Shown piece by piece: positions 1 to 13,690 of a DNA stretch of 64,000 bases; position 1 is the stretch's first letter; each line of letters opens with the position of its first letter. The notes beneath the pieces were generated by a model. It made no database searches. It was given only the letters and a program-made list of their open reading frames with translations, and had not been told where the DNA came from. The DNA comes from Octopus sinensis (taxonomy: Eukaryota). The position numbers and the translations under genes were made by a program. The stretch is from the NCBI RefSeq assembly GCF_006345805.1, contig NC_043011.1, positions 6,696,001 through 6,760,000 on the forward strand. The letters run 5' to 3'.

Positions 1-492
1 CAGCAATGTGTATGTTCACCTATATATTTTGTCCAACCCATGCCAGCATGGAAAACAGACATTAGCTGAAGATAATCTTTCTCTAAAATATATGGACAAG
101 TAACAGTATATGGTCACTGACCCCTTTAGCATACAAACTGACCACATCAGGCCCAAATGTCCTACTTGTTTGGTGTTTGCCTCTCACACCTACCCTACAA
201 TGTCATTCTAAAAATTAACAAGCATGTCAGTGAAACCTCATGGCTACAAGATAATGCAGGATTAATTCTAAGCAATGTGAAAAAAATAAGATTTACATTT
301 AACAAAGAAATCTGAATGCTGACCAGTTAAACACCACAGCTAGTAACAAGGTACTCCTCTCTTAAAGGAGTAACAAGGTACTCCTCGCTTAAAACATACT
401 TTTCTCTAAAATGTACCAAACATTAACAAACAACACATAGCAACGATCCCTTCTGAATAAACCTTCAGAAACTATTAAAACTCCTTCAGATT

Positions 493-721
493 TTAACCTT
501 TTCGTTACTGTATTTATTTTGAGATGTTCTGGGTTTCTTTCAATTATTTTGAATATAACAAAGAATTTAGTAAAATAACTTAGTTGTTATTCAGCTAGTG
601 TTGGGAACATTAATTGTGATTAAGGTTTGGTGGAAGATTTTAATTCAAAACTTTTGAAAACAAGACATTTATACAAAAGAGCCAGAGCCGGTTTCAGCCG
701 GGTTGGTAACGAAAGGGTTAA
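493..721. mobile_element. piggyBac-type MITE (~225 bp)
   Basis: TTAA-CCTTTTCGTTAC ... GTAACGAAAGGG-TTAA terminal inverted repeats with TTAA flanks; the same internal sequence recurs five more times in the window. Confidence 0.8.
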
Positions 722-1019
722 ACCAGCAGGTCTCAACCTGGCTCCCAGGACTGCATGCAGCCCTCAAAGGGCTTTCCTCTAGAAATATAAATTTTTCTGT
801 AATTGATTTGTATTTTTTATTGTTTTGGTGTGCTCCCTAAAAAAAAAAAGAAAAAAAAAACAGGTTTTGGAACTGGGGCCTGAATATTAAAAAGGCTGAG
901 AATCATTACTCAAGAAGCTTCTCACAAAATATTTATTTAGTTTCTCATGTTTTCCAATTCTACCAAAGCTTTTAAACTTTTTTCTTTTCTTAATCGATTA
1001 ATTTTATTTATGAGATGCA

Positions 1020-1220
1020 GAACGGATTTTTGTCAGTGAAGGGGTCGCGGTCTTAAAGCGACGAAAATATTTTGACAAATTAAACTTAAATGTTGAAGTG
1101 AATCGAACGGCTTTTGTGTGTTTCTTAAATGGCTTATAAACACCTTCCACGCTGCAATTGTTTTCGTTTCAGCACACGATCTCAGATCAAATCACTTGCT
1201 ATGCAAGTACATCTCCGTAA
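1020..1220. repeat. Interspersed repeat fragment, class uncertain
   Basis: CpG-containing block that resembles an octopus interspersed repeat I recall; no coding frame. Confidence 0.35.
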
Positions 1221-1551
1221 TTTTATTCTCCCAAAAGTAAAACCTTTACAAACCACAGTATGAAAGAAAGAACACTTTAAGCCGATAATATAAAATAAAT
1301 AATGATTACTTATACATAATAGTTATAAAATATATATAGATCGGTTATGTATATATAATGATTGTGTATTGAAAATTTATATATTTGATTAAATATGCAA
1401 GAAAATGTAAAATATTTGAACATTCTTACAATTTAGAATTGTGTCCATTCCAGTTAATTGAAAAAAGTCTTCAACTATATGTATGTGAGTGTATTTTTTG
1501 TAGGATTAACAACCCACTGTGTCATGGTGTGTGTGTGCGTGTTGATGTATA

Positions 1552-1930
1552 TCTCTCTATATATAAAGCTGCAGTTGTCTGTGTATGGCAGGTTTGGTAG
1601 CCTTCAACTAACACTATCTCCTCTGATACCCTGCGGCGCAAGTTGACCAAAATTGAGAGTATGATAGAAGGCTTGCTCTTCCTTCCGTAGAAGAAAAAAT
1701 TCAAATTGGACCATGTTAACACCAACAATTATTTACATCAAAAAGGTGCTTTTTTTTCCAGGAAAATCCTTATTTTTTACAATTTTTTTACTGCTGTGTT
1801 GCCATTTTTCAGTGTATTTCAACCAGAAAAATATTCAGAATAAGGTATATAATGCAAAATTTTTACTTTTCAAAAATTCCAATTCTAAAGGGTCGAAACA
1901 AACCTGAGCAACACCGGGCGATACTGCTAG
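1552..1930 (+). mobile_element. Non-autonomous Helitron-like element, copy 1
   Basis: 5' A|TCTCTCTATATATAAAGCTG; 3' GC-rich hairpin CCTGAGCAACACCGGG followed by CTAG|T; second copy at 15833-16208. Confidence 0.7.
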
Positions 1931-2384
1931 TAATTATATATGTGCAGAAGCAGTATTAGTAGTAAAAGGCAATCATGATATCCAACTCAACGTGGATGTC
2001 TTGTTAGGGACTGAATGCTGCATTATTAGCCTCAAGAGATCCTTTCATGTAGGTGTTTGGTGCATAAAAGCCCATACAAAAATGGCAGCTGACGAGAATC
2101 CTCTGTTGTGGACACCAGAATTCCTACATCACGTGATTTCATTCTACTGGAAATCATCATATTTACTGACGTGCATATATATTTGTTTGGTCCTTCATTT
2201 TGTCTGCCCCGTCCCTGCTAGTATGAGTGGGGGATTTCTTGACAGGGGAAATGTCAACAAATGTCACAGTAGCTCAGTGGTTTTGTAGCACAAAGTGTGA
2301 ATATTTAGGGACACACACTCATGGCAAATTTGACGAGCTCTCGTTATGAGCAAAACAAGCTGTACTTTTGCAACATTCATCATC

Positions 2385-2840
2385 ATCAGGTTCCCTTAAC
2401 TGACGCAGTCAATCATCGGGGTGCCATTGTAGATGTTTTTGCAGTCAGCCATTGCCACAGGTCCCTTCTTTCTTTCTGTCATAGTTTGTAACTTATCCAG
2501 TCCTTGATGTTGCTGCAGGCCAGGATTTTTCTGTCTGTCTCTCTTCTGCCCCCATCTCAACCGTGTCCTGAGGAATGATTTTGAACAAGGAGTTGTGGTG
2601 GGATATGTGACCATATCATGCAAGCTTTCATCTTTTTAGCTGTGCAAGGAGAGTGGTTCCTACCAGCTGGTGCATTTGTTGACTTGCAGCTTTACAAAGC
2701 TCTTCATTTTCTGTTCTGCATATGGGATGTGCAGCAGCCTCCTGAAGCACTTGCGCTCAAATGCCTGGAATCTTAGCTCTGTGTCAGCTGCAAGAGTCCA
2801 GCTCTCACACCCAGACAAAAGAATTAAAGTCACCAGGGAC
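2385..2840 (-). mobile_element. RTE-like LINE 3' fragment (decayed)
   Basis: Minus frame reads SLVTLILLSGCESWTLAADTELRFQAFERKCFRRLLHIPYAEQK, matching the RTE ORF2 C-terminal GCESWTL...QAFE.KC.RRLL motif; stops and frameshifts follow; ends in a (GAT)n tail. Confidence 0.75.
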
Positions 2841-4144
2841 TAGTAAGATTTTTTTTCTTACTAGTTTCAGCTGAAGAGCTGTGGCCATGCTGGGGCACCA
2901 CCGTCAGAAAAGTGACCAGAAAGCTGCTAGAGAATCCAATCCTGTACGTCTCAAATTCTAGTTGAGTGCTCTGCACCATTAAGTTACCTGACACGTATTC
3001 CAATTTTATATAAAACCCTTCATTATCCTATTTGTAAGGGCCTGATGGGATTTGTCAGGACAGATTTTCTACTGCTGAATGCCCTTCCTGTCAGCAATTC
3101 CCATCTGTTTTAAAGCAAAATAATATTTCTTCATTTAATGGATAGGCTTTCAGAACAGATTGGAAACAAAAGGGACTCCTTGTATGGCAGTAATACAAAC
3201 ACACACACACACACACACAATGGGTTTCTTTCAGCTTCTGTTTCCTAAATCGAGAGCGATATTAGAAGACATTTTGCCTATAGTGCCATGTAGTGGGATT
3301 GAACCCAAAACCATGTGGTTGGGAGAGGAGGCTGTGGTATAAAAACAATGAGCTTCAGAGGAATAAGGAGTGGTTGTAGAGGTGAGTCTGTGATATGTCT
3401 GTTAGAAGAGTTGGGTGAAGAAGAGTGAAGCATTTTGGGTGAAAGGGGCGTTTGGTGGTGGTGGTAGGGGGGGACGTCAGAAGAGTTTATGAAGTTTGAC
3501 TCCCAGGACATTGGACCTTGTAAAGAGGACAAGGGATAGCAACAAGTGAGACACACTGAGCTTGAGAAGAAGACCTATCTAACCCATGCAGGTAAGGAGA
3601 AATGGAAGTATGATGATGATGAGGATGATGTGTCAATGGCTGGCTATCTTAAAGTATATTTGCAAGAAATAGCCTTTCTCTTAATAGACACAAGGTTTGA
3701 AATTTTGAGGGATTACATGACCTTAGTACATGACTGGTACTTATTGATTCTGACTGGATGAAAGGCTAAGTTGACCTTGGTAGAATTTGAATGAAGACCA
3801 TAAAGACGGATGAATGCTGCTAAGCATTTTACTCGACGCGCCAATGATTCTGCCAGCTGCACTGCCTTATATTTGCAGGGAATATCAATAAATATCAGCT
3901 GGAGAATGCACTTGACATGTTCTGTGGCAAGATGGTGGTATTTAGCACTTTTGTCACCAAATTGCTTTGGAAATCCATGGCCTTTGTTTGAAATAATTTC
4001 GAAAATAATGAAGAATTTACAACAATTACCTGTCATTATTAGGTTGGTGTTTGGAAAAAACATTAACATGGAACTTTTGATGGAAGAATTTCATTTGGAT
4101 CACTTTAACCCTTTTGTTACCATATTTCTGTTGAAATACACTGC

Positions 4145-4547
4145 TTTTACTCTTTACTCTTTTACTTGTTTCAGTCATTTGACTGCGGCCATGCTGGAGC
4201 ACCGCCTTTAGTCGAGCAAATCGACCCCGGAACTTATTCTTTGTAAGCCCAGTACTTATTCTATCAGTCTCTTTTGCCGAACCGCGAAGTGACGGGGACG
4301 TAAACACACCAGCATCAGTTGTCAAGCAATACTAGAGGGACAAACACAGACACACACTCACATATATATATATATACATATATACGACAGGCTTCTTTCA
4401 GTTTCCGTCTACCAAATCCACTCACAAGGCATTGGTCGGCCCAGGGCTATAGCAGAAGACACTTGCCCAAGATGCCACGCAGTGGGACTGAACCTGGAAC
4501 CATGTGGTTGGTTAGCAAGCTACTTACCACACAGCCACTCCTGCGCC
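4145..4547 (-). mobile_element. tRNA-derived CORE-type SINE, full length
   Basis: Head GGCGCAGGAGTGGCTGTGTGG (A box) and GGTTCAGTCC (B box), CTTGGGCAAGT CORE-like motif, internal (TA/TG)n, tail AAGTAAAAGAGT; many near-identical copies. Confidence 0.85.
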
Positions 4548-5677
4548 TATTTAAAATAATTTTAAAAATAATAAAGAATTTAGTAAGATAACTTTTCCAT
4601 TATTAAGTTGGTGTTTGGAAAAAAAAAATTAACCTAGAATTTTGATGGAAGGTTTTCATTTTGACTATTTTGTATCATTGAAGCCAAGGTGGTCTCAAGA
4701 AGGTTGGCACCAAAAGAGATGTTGTTGTTGCTGTTGTTTATTGAATGAGCCATGTTTTGTATTTGATGTTATTGAATCAATGGGAGAGATTTGCTGTTTA
4801 ATTTCTGGGGAATTAAGTACAGGTGAGAGAATACTTCCTCCGGGATAGGATCCTAGCCTCTATCACAGGTAGCTTTCACTAGAGACAGTTAATAGCTAAT
4901 CCCTGTTACCATGGTGGATCTAATAAGGGCTGGAAGTAGTTAATTTGATTTTGTCTTTTACTTGTAGGGTTTGGAGGGAGGGGCAGTGCCCACCCATAGC
5001 CTTTGCAGACCCTTCAAGATCAGTGACGTGGATGCCATTGGTATTATTTCTTTTGAATTTTTCCAACTCAGTATTTCTGAGAGGGCATTTCAAAGGGCCA
5101 AGGATCTGGGAAGGAAGGACTGGGTACAGTGATTTGGGGAGTGAGGCTGGGTATGGGTGGACGAAAATTGTAGCTGATACTAAAATATAATAGTGTAGTA
5201 TTATGTACAGCCAGAGAGGATGATAGTACAGACTGGTGATGGTGGTGGAAGTGGTGGTATGGCATTACTGGGTGGGGTCAGCCAGTGAGTCACCTTTATC
5301 ATTCAAAGATAATGAAAACAGTTACTCACCCCCACCCCATAATATGTACAACTCTCATGTAGGAGAACCTATACTCTAGAAATAGCAGTCAAATCTCATA
5401 TAGCACAATACTTCGTTTCAATTTTTTTTTTAAACGAAGGTCATATTGGATTATGTAACCAAAGATAAAGTACATCTGAATACAGGGGATGGTCGAGGCT
5501 GGAGTGTGTTTAATCAAAGGCCTGTTTGGTCAGGGTTGACCCAGGGTTTAAAGAACGACAACAACATTATCTTTTGCACATTGCTAGTGCTGCCATCTGC
5601 TGGCTGGCCCCTTAGATAAGAATGGATGGAACAGGGGGAGAAGAAAAATTTACCAGAGAGAGGAAGAGATAAGCAGA

Positions 5678-5732
<55 letters not shown>

Positions 5733-5924
5733 TGAGTGAGTGAGTGAGTGAAAGGGAGAGAGAGAGAAAGAGAGAGAGAGAGTGAAAGGGAGACTGTTTA
5801 CTTTGTTATTTAAACTGAAATTTGAAAAACTAAACAAAAAATACTTCAGTACTTTTTGTTCACCTTCCACACACACACACACGCGCTCTCTCTCTCCATC
5901 TCACAAATGCTAACTTCCACACAC

Positions 5925-5943
5925 ACACACACATGCTTTATCT

Positions 5944-5979
<36 letters not shown>

Positions 5980-6290
5980 CTTTATCTTCTACACACACAC
6001 ACACACACACACATGCTTTATCTTCTACACACACACACACCTGTATAAATAAATGCAAACATTTCAGACAGGCTAGATAGCAAGTGTTTACCGATAAACT
6101 AGTAACACATGCCCAACATGCACCTCCATATTATCTCTCTCTCTCTCACACACACACACGCACACACACACACACACACACACGCACACACACATGCACA
6201 CACACATGCACACGCATGCACACACACGCACACATATGCACACACACGCACACATATGCACACACGCACGTGCACACACACACACACACT
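5925..6290. repeat. Compound (CA)n array with three ATGCTTTATCTTCT-spaced units
   Basis: ATGCTTTATCTTCT recurs near 5932, 5977 and 6013 between CA runs; degenerate CA/GCA repeat follows. Confidence 0.85.
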
Positions 6291-7644
6291 GAAAGGTTCA
6301 TGTATGAATATTTTTGGAATGACCTCCGATATACACCTCGTGTCCGAATGCCCGACAAAAAACACACACACACACACACACTCTCTCCAAGACTGCAAAC
6401 AAACAGGTCCCACAACAATATGAGTGGATGTTAGCTGGAGCTCTGAGAGGGTCGATATTGGACCCAATGCTTTCATCTCCATGAACCGATGAAGACCCCT
6501 CTTTGTGATCATTCAGCCTACAAGAAATAGCAGCCAAATGTATCTCAAATACCCTAACATCTCACAAAAGAAGAAAATGAAGGACATATTGGTTAATCTA
6601 GTCATAGGTACTTAATATTTAGAGAGAGAGGAAAACAAAAAAAAAAAAAACAGGCAGGATGGTCACATCAGGAACCTAGTAGAAAGATGCACATTTACTC
6701 TTCAGATGTGGCTGTGTGGTAATAAGTTTGCTTCCTAAACACATGGTTTTGGGGTCAGTTCCACTGCTTGACACTTTGGTCAAGTGTTTTCTATCACCTT
6801 GAGCTGACCAAAGCCTTGTGGATGGATATGGTAAACGGAAACTGAAAGAATCCCATTGCATCTATCTATCAGTGTGTGTTTGTCCCCCCCTCCCACGACT
6901 GATTGGCAAATGGGATCGATGTGTTTACATCCTTTTAACTTAGTGGTTTGACAGAAGAGATTGACAGAATTAGTGTGAAACTTAAAAAATATCAAGTACC
7001 AGGAGTTGATTTGTTCAACTAAAAAATAAATTCTTCAAAGTGGTGCCCCAGCATGGCCTCAGTCTAATGACTGAAACAAGTAAAAGATATTGTTTTTGAC
7101 CTCATCCAATTCCACAAGGCATTCAGTAGAAATTTACTGGCAGAACACACTGCAGTAACACAGTACTCCTGCCACCAACACCGATGAGCTGTTGTTGAAT
7201 GCAATGAAACAAATCTATTATTTTCTTTATTTCATTTTTGACGCAACATTGCTGCAGTATGGCCATTCACAGAAAATAAAGTACACGATGCATATGTTTG
7301 TGGTTAATTATATAAGGTCAGAGCAATTTGGCCAACCATGGGAGCTGAACTATTAACCCTTGGGCCAGCAGTTTGGCAGAGTTGTTCAAAATGTGGCTTT
7401 CAATAAAGTCAGGGGAAATTTAATACAGAGATACATATTAGACTCATAGATCACACACACACACACACACACACACAAAGAACAGACACGTACACAGACA
7501 CACACACATGCAGACTCTCACACACACACACACTTGGTGAGAATGGTAAACCAGTTGAGGACTAAACTAAGTTGAACACTGATAAGTGGTGTGATAACAT
7601 TTTGGGTGGTTTAGGGAAATTAATTTTATCAGAGATAAATTATA

Positions 7645-7974
7645 TAAGCATACACACACACACACACATATGCATACATATGTATACACACAGATATACA
7701 TACATATATACACACACACATATATATACATGGATATATATACACACATGCATGTGTGTGTATACTGTATATATACTCATACACAAATATATATATATAT
7801 ATACACGCATGTGTGTGTATACTGTATATATACTCATACACACAAATATATATATATATATACACGCATGTGTGTATATATATATATATATACTCATACA
7901 CACAAATATATACATACACGCATATATATATATATATATACTCATACATACAAATATATATATACATGCATATA

Positions 7975-8005
<31 letters not shown>

Positions 8006-8455
8006 CTCATACATACAAATATATATATACATATATATATTATATATATATACATATATATATTATATATATATACTCATACATACAAATATATATATAC
8101 ATATATATATTATATATATATACACTCTCACACAAATATACACACGTATATATATATACTCATACACATATATATATATATAATTATATATACACTCTCA
8201 CAAATATACACACATGTATATATATATATACTCATACAAATATATATACACACACGTGTGTGTGTATATATATACATACACACTCATACATACACACACG
8301 TGTATATGTATATATACACATACATGCATATCTACATATATACACACATGCACACGCATACATAATATATATATACGCACACACAAACGGATACACATAC
8401 ATACATAGATATAAACACATACATGCATATGTACACACACACACACACACACACG
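7645..8455. repeat. Degenerate AT/CA minisatellite
   Basis: About 11 units anchored on TATACTCATAC(A)CACAAATATATA; accounts for the Y/I/H/T-rich ORFs. Confidence 0.85.
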
Positions 8456-9423
8456 GCCATGCTTCGGTTTATCTGATGGAACATGGCATAACAAATGACT
8501 AATAAATGTGAAGTCAGTCAGTCTCTAATATTCTACAATTACTAACAGTGTGTGTGTGGTGTGTGTGTGTGTGCGTGTGAGTGTGTGTGCGTGTGTGTAT
8601 GTGTGTGTCGGGGGTGGGGGGCAGACAGGTTTCTGAGCAAGTGGAGTTGTATAAAATATAAATGTTTAGCAAAATGTTAAGTCTGGGTGAAGGGACGTGG
8701 TGTGAGGAAAGGAGAGGAAAGTAGAATGGGGAGGGAGGGGGGGGGAAAGGTGAGATAGAGAAAGGTAGGAAGGAAAAGATGGAGAGAGAGAGAGAAGGAT
8801 AATTAGGGTGAGTAAGTGGGAAGAGAGAGAGAGAGAGAGGTGGATAGTGAAATTGAGAAAGACAAAGAGAAAAAGATAGTGAAAAAGGAGTTGAGAGAGA
8901 GAGAGAGAGAGAGTGTGTATGTGTGAGAGAGAGAGAGTGTGTATGTGTGTGAGAGAGAGAGTGTGTATGTGTGTGAGAGAGAGAGTGTGAATGTATGTGT
9001 ATGAGAGTATGTGTGTGTGAGAGAGAGAGTGTCTGTGTGTGCGAGGGAGAGAGAGAAAGAGCTACACAATAAGAAGCAAATGGTAGCATCATTATCTTAA
9101 CGTCCATATTTTGATGTTTGCATGGGTTAGATGAGGTTTATTAAGACAGATTTTTCTATGGCCAGATGCCCTTTCTGTTGTGAACCCTCACCTGTTTCCA
9201 AATAAGGTAATATTTCCCCCATGGCCAGATACGTTTGGCATAAATTGGAACTGAACAACACTCATTTACAATAATCATGCACAAGTGAATTTGGTCTGCC
9301 TAGGGCTATAGGGGAAGGTACTTGCTCAAGGGTGCCATAGAAGGGGATTGAACCTAAATCCATGTAGTTGGGATGCAAATTTCTCAACCACACAGCCATG
9401 CCTGCACAGACTATATATGTATG

Positions 9424-9478
<55 letters not shown>

Positions 9479-10074
9479 TTAATGTTATTCTCTTTGTCCT
9501 GTCTTTTACTGTCCCATATATGCATGTATATATACATATAGATGTAGGTACGTACATATATGTATGTATGTATGTATGCATGTTTTATTTATTATTTTGT
9601 TATATATATATATACATACAAACACACGTTAGTTAAATACGTATGCATACATATCTCATCTTTCACGCATTTCAGTCATCTGACTGTGGCCATGCTGGAG
9701 CACAGCTTGAAGAATTTTTAGTTGAATAAATCGACCCCACTACTTACATTTTCTAAAGCCTGAAACTCATTCTATTGGTCTCCTTTTGACGAACCCTAAG
9801 TTATGAGCATGTAAACACACCAACACTGGTTGCCAAGTGGCAGTGGAAGACATACACAGAGACACATACACAAATGGGCTTTCTGTCTACCAAATCCACT
9901 CACAAGGCTTTAATAGAAAACCCTTTCTCAAAGTGCTGAGGGACTGAACCTGAAACCTAACTTCTTACCACACAGCCACACCCATGCCTATATATATATA
10001 TATATGATAATGCTGGTTTTTATGTTCAGTTATAAGAAAAAGAATTTTACATTAACCTATTTCTATTTCTTTTA

Positions 10075-10270
10075 CTACACACAGAGGGGACAAATGGATT
10101 AAGTCAATTACATCGACCCCAGTGCGTAACTGGTACTTATTTAATCGACCCCGAAAGGATGACAGGCAAAGTCGACCTCGGCGGAATTTGAACTCAGAAC
10201 GTAACGGCAGACAAAATACCACTAAGCATTTCGCCCGGTGCGCTAACGATTCAGCCAGCTCACCGCCTTT
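10075..10270 (-). mobile_element. tRNA-derived Meta-type SINE
   Basis: Reverse strand: GGCGGTGAGCTGGC head, GAGTTCAAATTCC B box, GTCGACTTTGCCTGTCATCCTTTCGGGGTCGATTAAATAAGTACC central domain. Confidence 0.7.
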
Positions 10271-11095
10271 GAATTTTACATTAACCTGATGGGTTAATCT
10301 ATATTTTTGAAGAGGACAAAATTTTCATTTTTAAACAGGAATATTAGCAACAGTGACTTTGAAGTTTTGGCCAGTTAAGCCATTGTCAGACTGGTCAATG
10401 GCTTAACTGGACAAAACTTCAAAGTCACCGTCAACAATGTTCTTAAGAATATATATATATATAATGCAATCTTACTTAGAAATGGATGCGTGCGTTCCGT
10501 CATATAATAAATAAATAAAACATATCCATATATACATACATATATGTACGTACCTACCTCTACATGTATATATATACATGCATATATGGGTAAAGGACAC
10601 CAAAAAAAAAAAACGTCAAACACAATGAGAAACGAAAACAAAAACACAAAACCAAGGGAATGGACATTTTTCTTGAACAATGAAAAAATAGAGTACAGGA
10701 CATACAAAACAAGAAAAATTCCCCTTCTTCAGTCGCCTTAGATTCATCTACTCCACGTTTCGAAGGTCAAGGCGATACATGATTTTAATGAAAATTTCCT
10801 TCCCGCGAAAATCAAATTAAATAGAATTTGAGATTTTTTTGCGGAGGGGTAAAAATGGTAACAAAAACAAGACATAAAAATACAAATAAAAACAGTAAAA
10901 GACAGGACAAGGAGAATAACAGTAACTGGAAGTACATATAATAGTATTACTGGACAGCACAGGATGAAATCTGGGGGTGGATGAGTTTTATACTGTACTC
11001 TGCTACGTTCTTAATAGAATATACCATAACTATATATATGAATGCTTACACACACACACAGGTGTATGTATTTATTATGAATGGTGAGTGTTTAC

Positions 11096-11210
11096 TTTGA
11101 AGTTTCATCAATACAAGGCTTCTCAAAACAGAGAAGCCAGAGAAACCAGTGTCTGCTAAACTTCCAAGTAAGCAGCCTCCATTGATAATAATAATAACCA
11201 TTATTTCTCA
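11096..11210 (-). CDS. Speculative internal exon of an unidentified gene
   Basis: Acceptor tttcttctagctatatacag and donor AA|gtaaac; open frame (M)RNNGYYYYQWRLLTWKFSRHWFLWLLCFEKPCIDETS; phase-compatible with 17013-17133. No recognised homology, and a competing plus-strand exon exists. Confidence 0.2.
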
Positions 11211-12092
11211 CTGTATATAGCTAGAAGAAATACCCCAGGGAATTTTGTCAAAGCATCTCTAATGCTTCTTTGTACTATGTCTAAATAAAAGATGAAATGG
11301 TCATGGCTGGAATATCTTCGATCATAATTGTTAGCAATGATATATAAGTAAGGGTCCAAGCAAATTTCACATTTTATAATTATTTCTGACTGTTTTAATG
11401 CACACATTTATAAATCTTTTCGATTAACCCAACACAACATTCCTGATGATTTTGGTAAACACATGTAAATTAATTTAATTTATGCATGACAATTATGTTA
11501 TCATACATTTGGTGGTGTTTATCTTAGTGAAACAGCTGTTGAGCTGTGTTGTCAGAAGCTTGTTTCCCAACCATATGGTTCCGGGTTCAGTCTCACTGGG
11601 GACCTTGGGGAAGTGTCTTCTATGATAGCCTTGGGCTGACCAAAACCTTGTGAATGGATTTGGTAAACGGAAAACTGAGAGAAGCCCATCGTATGTGTAT
11701 GTGTTTGTCCTTTGTCACTGCTTGACAGCTGGTGTTTGTGTGTTTATGTCCTCGTAACTTAATGGCTCAGCAAAATGGGGCCAATAGAATAAATACAAAA
11801 ATCAAGTATTGGGCTCAATTCAGTTGACAAAAAAACAAACGGTCGAAGGCAGTGCTCCAGCATGGCTGCATTTGACTGACTGAAACAAGTAAAAACATAA
11901 AGAATACATATGAAATTTATTCCTTTCCTACTTTCATGGTAAATCTGCTGCTCCTAAAGATCATTTCAGCAGATCATGTAGACACATGGCAGTGGGTCCC
12001 TTTTGGAAATTATACTGCATTGTAGCAACATGTTTAACAATCTTTATTAACTGAGCCCCTAATTACCATTGATACATTCTAAGATTGTTTTA

Positions 12093-12549
12093 TTAACCCT
12101 TTTGATACCAACCTGAAACTGCCCCTGGCTCTGTAGTACAAATGTCTTGTTTTCATAAGTTTTGAATTAAAATCTTCCACCAAACCTTAGTTACAATTTA
12201 TGTTCCCAACACTAGCTGAATGATAACCAAGTTATTTAACTAAATTCTTTGTTGTATTTAAAATCAATTGAAAGAAACACTGAGCATCCCAAAAGAAAGA
12301 TGGTACCAAAAGGTTCAAAGTCACCATGATATTCTTAACCCTTTTGATACCAACCTGGCTCTGTAGTACAAATGTTTTGTTTTCATAAGTTTTGAATTAA
12401 AATCTTCCACCAAACCTTAATCATAATTTATGTTCCTAACACTAACTGAATGATAATTTAAGTTATTTAACTAAATTCTTTGTTGTATTTAAAATTAATT
12501 GAAAGAAACACAGAGCATCTCAAAAGAAATACAGTAACGAAAGGGTTAA
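12093..12549. mobile_element. Two adjacent piggyBac-type MITE copies (12093-12316, 12335-12549)
   Basis: Both begin TTAACCCTTTTGATAC; the second ends GTAACGAAAGGGTTAA. Confidence 0.75.
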
Positions 12550-13489
12550 AATTTTGATTTTGGCTTTAGTTGTTTTCCATAGTGAAGGTTGTTGAAAGCA
12601 TAACACTTGTACACATACTAAAACAAGTAAAAAAAATTATCATAAATAGTTTTATAACCCAATCACACACACCTACACATTTTAGAGAAGGGTTTGGGTC
12701 AGGGTTAATTGGTCTGAGCAGTGACTGAGCAGGCAAGACTGTATGGTCAAGCAGCTCATTTTGCAACCAAGAGACTTTAGGTTCAGTCCTGTGGACCTGC
12801 TGCTTTGACCAAGTATCTTCTTCCGCGGCACCTAGCCAACCAATGTCTCACAAGTGAATTTCATAGACAGAATCTGAAGAGAAATCTGTCACATGCACAC
12901 ATGCAGACACAGGCACACGGCTCAGTGGTTAGAGCATTGGGCTCACAATCATGAGGTAGTGAGTTCAATTTCTGGACTGGGCACGTGTGGTGTTCTTGAA
13001 CAAGTAATAAGTTGTGACGTCACTGGTACCAAGCTGTTATCAGTCAGCTTTTCTTTTGGATATCATCAGTGGAATGGAGAGGCGAGGCTGGTATGCATGG
13101 GTGACTGCTGACCTTCCATAAACAACCTTGCCCGGACTTGTGCCTCGGAGAGGAACTTTCTGGGTTCAATCCCACAGTCATTCATGATCGGAAAGTAAAG
13201 GGTCTTTACCTTTTACTCTTTATGATTGTGAGTGTGTATGTTTTTTGTCCCCACCCCTGCCGCTGCAGGACAACCAGGGTTGGTTTGTTTACACCCCCAA
13301 AACTTAACAGTTCAGCAAAGAAGACTGATGGAATATGTGCCAGACTTAAAAACACAAGTACTGGGGATGATCTGTTTGTCTAAACCCTTCAAGCAAAAGA
13401 ACCAAGAAGAATGAAAAGGGGGCACAGCCAACATTCACAGGATTTTGGGCCCCGGAATGAAAGTGGGGCATAACTAAATATTCTTTTCA

Positions 13490-13690
13490 ATTCCAGGCAC
13501 AAGGCCCGAAATTTGGGGGGAGGGGGCCCAGTCGATTACATCGACCCTAATGTTCAACTCGTACTTAATTTATCAACCCTGAAAGGATGAAAGGCAAAGT
13601 TGACCTCGGCGGAATTTGAACTCAGAACATAAAGACAGACGAAATACCGCTAAGCATTTCGCCTGGCCTGCTTAATGTTTCTGCCAGTTC
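13490..13690 (-). mobile_element. Meta-type SINE
   Basis: GAAAGGATGAAAGGCAAAGTTGACCTCGGCGGAATTTGAACTCAGAAC on the plus strand. Confidence 0.7.

Noticed and set aside
1992-2288. 98-aa plus-strand ORF
   Set aside because: GTG start, no recognisable motif, no convincing splice context.
7099-7215. Phase-compatible third exon for the speculative nested gene (FVSLHSTTAHRCWWQEYC...)
   Set aside because: The acceptor is purine-rich (aaagaaaataatag) and the donor weak; most likely chance.
5856-9636. Many 60-250-aa ORFs rich in H/T/Y/I/C/V
   Set aside because: Translations of (CA)n and (TA)n microsatellites, open in several frames on both strands; same for 18.6-19.1, 33.1-33.6, 38.3-38.7, 51.2-51.8 and 57.1-57.5 kb.
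10700-10800. GAAAC and CTGAAGA motifs on the minus strand of a repeat
   Set aside because: The order and pairing do not give a valid hammerhead, and the triplet would be GUG, which is not cleavable.
11103-11167. Plus-strand exon candidate FINTRLLKTEKPEKPVSAKLP with GTAAGC donor (possibly joined to 12573-12616)
   Set aside because: No homology and no start or terminal exon found; it overlaps the equally unproven minus-strand candidate.
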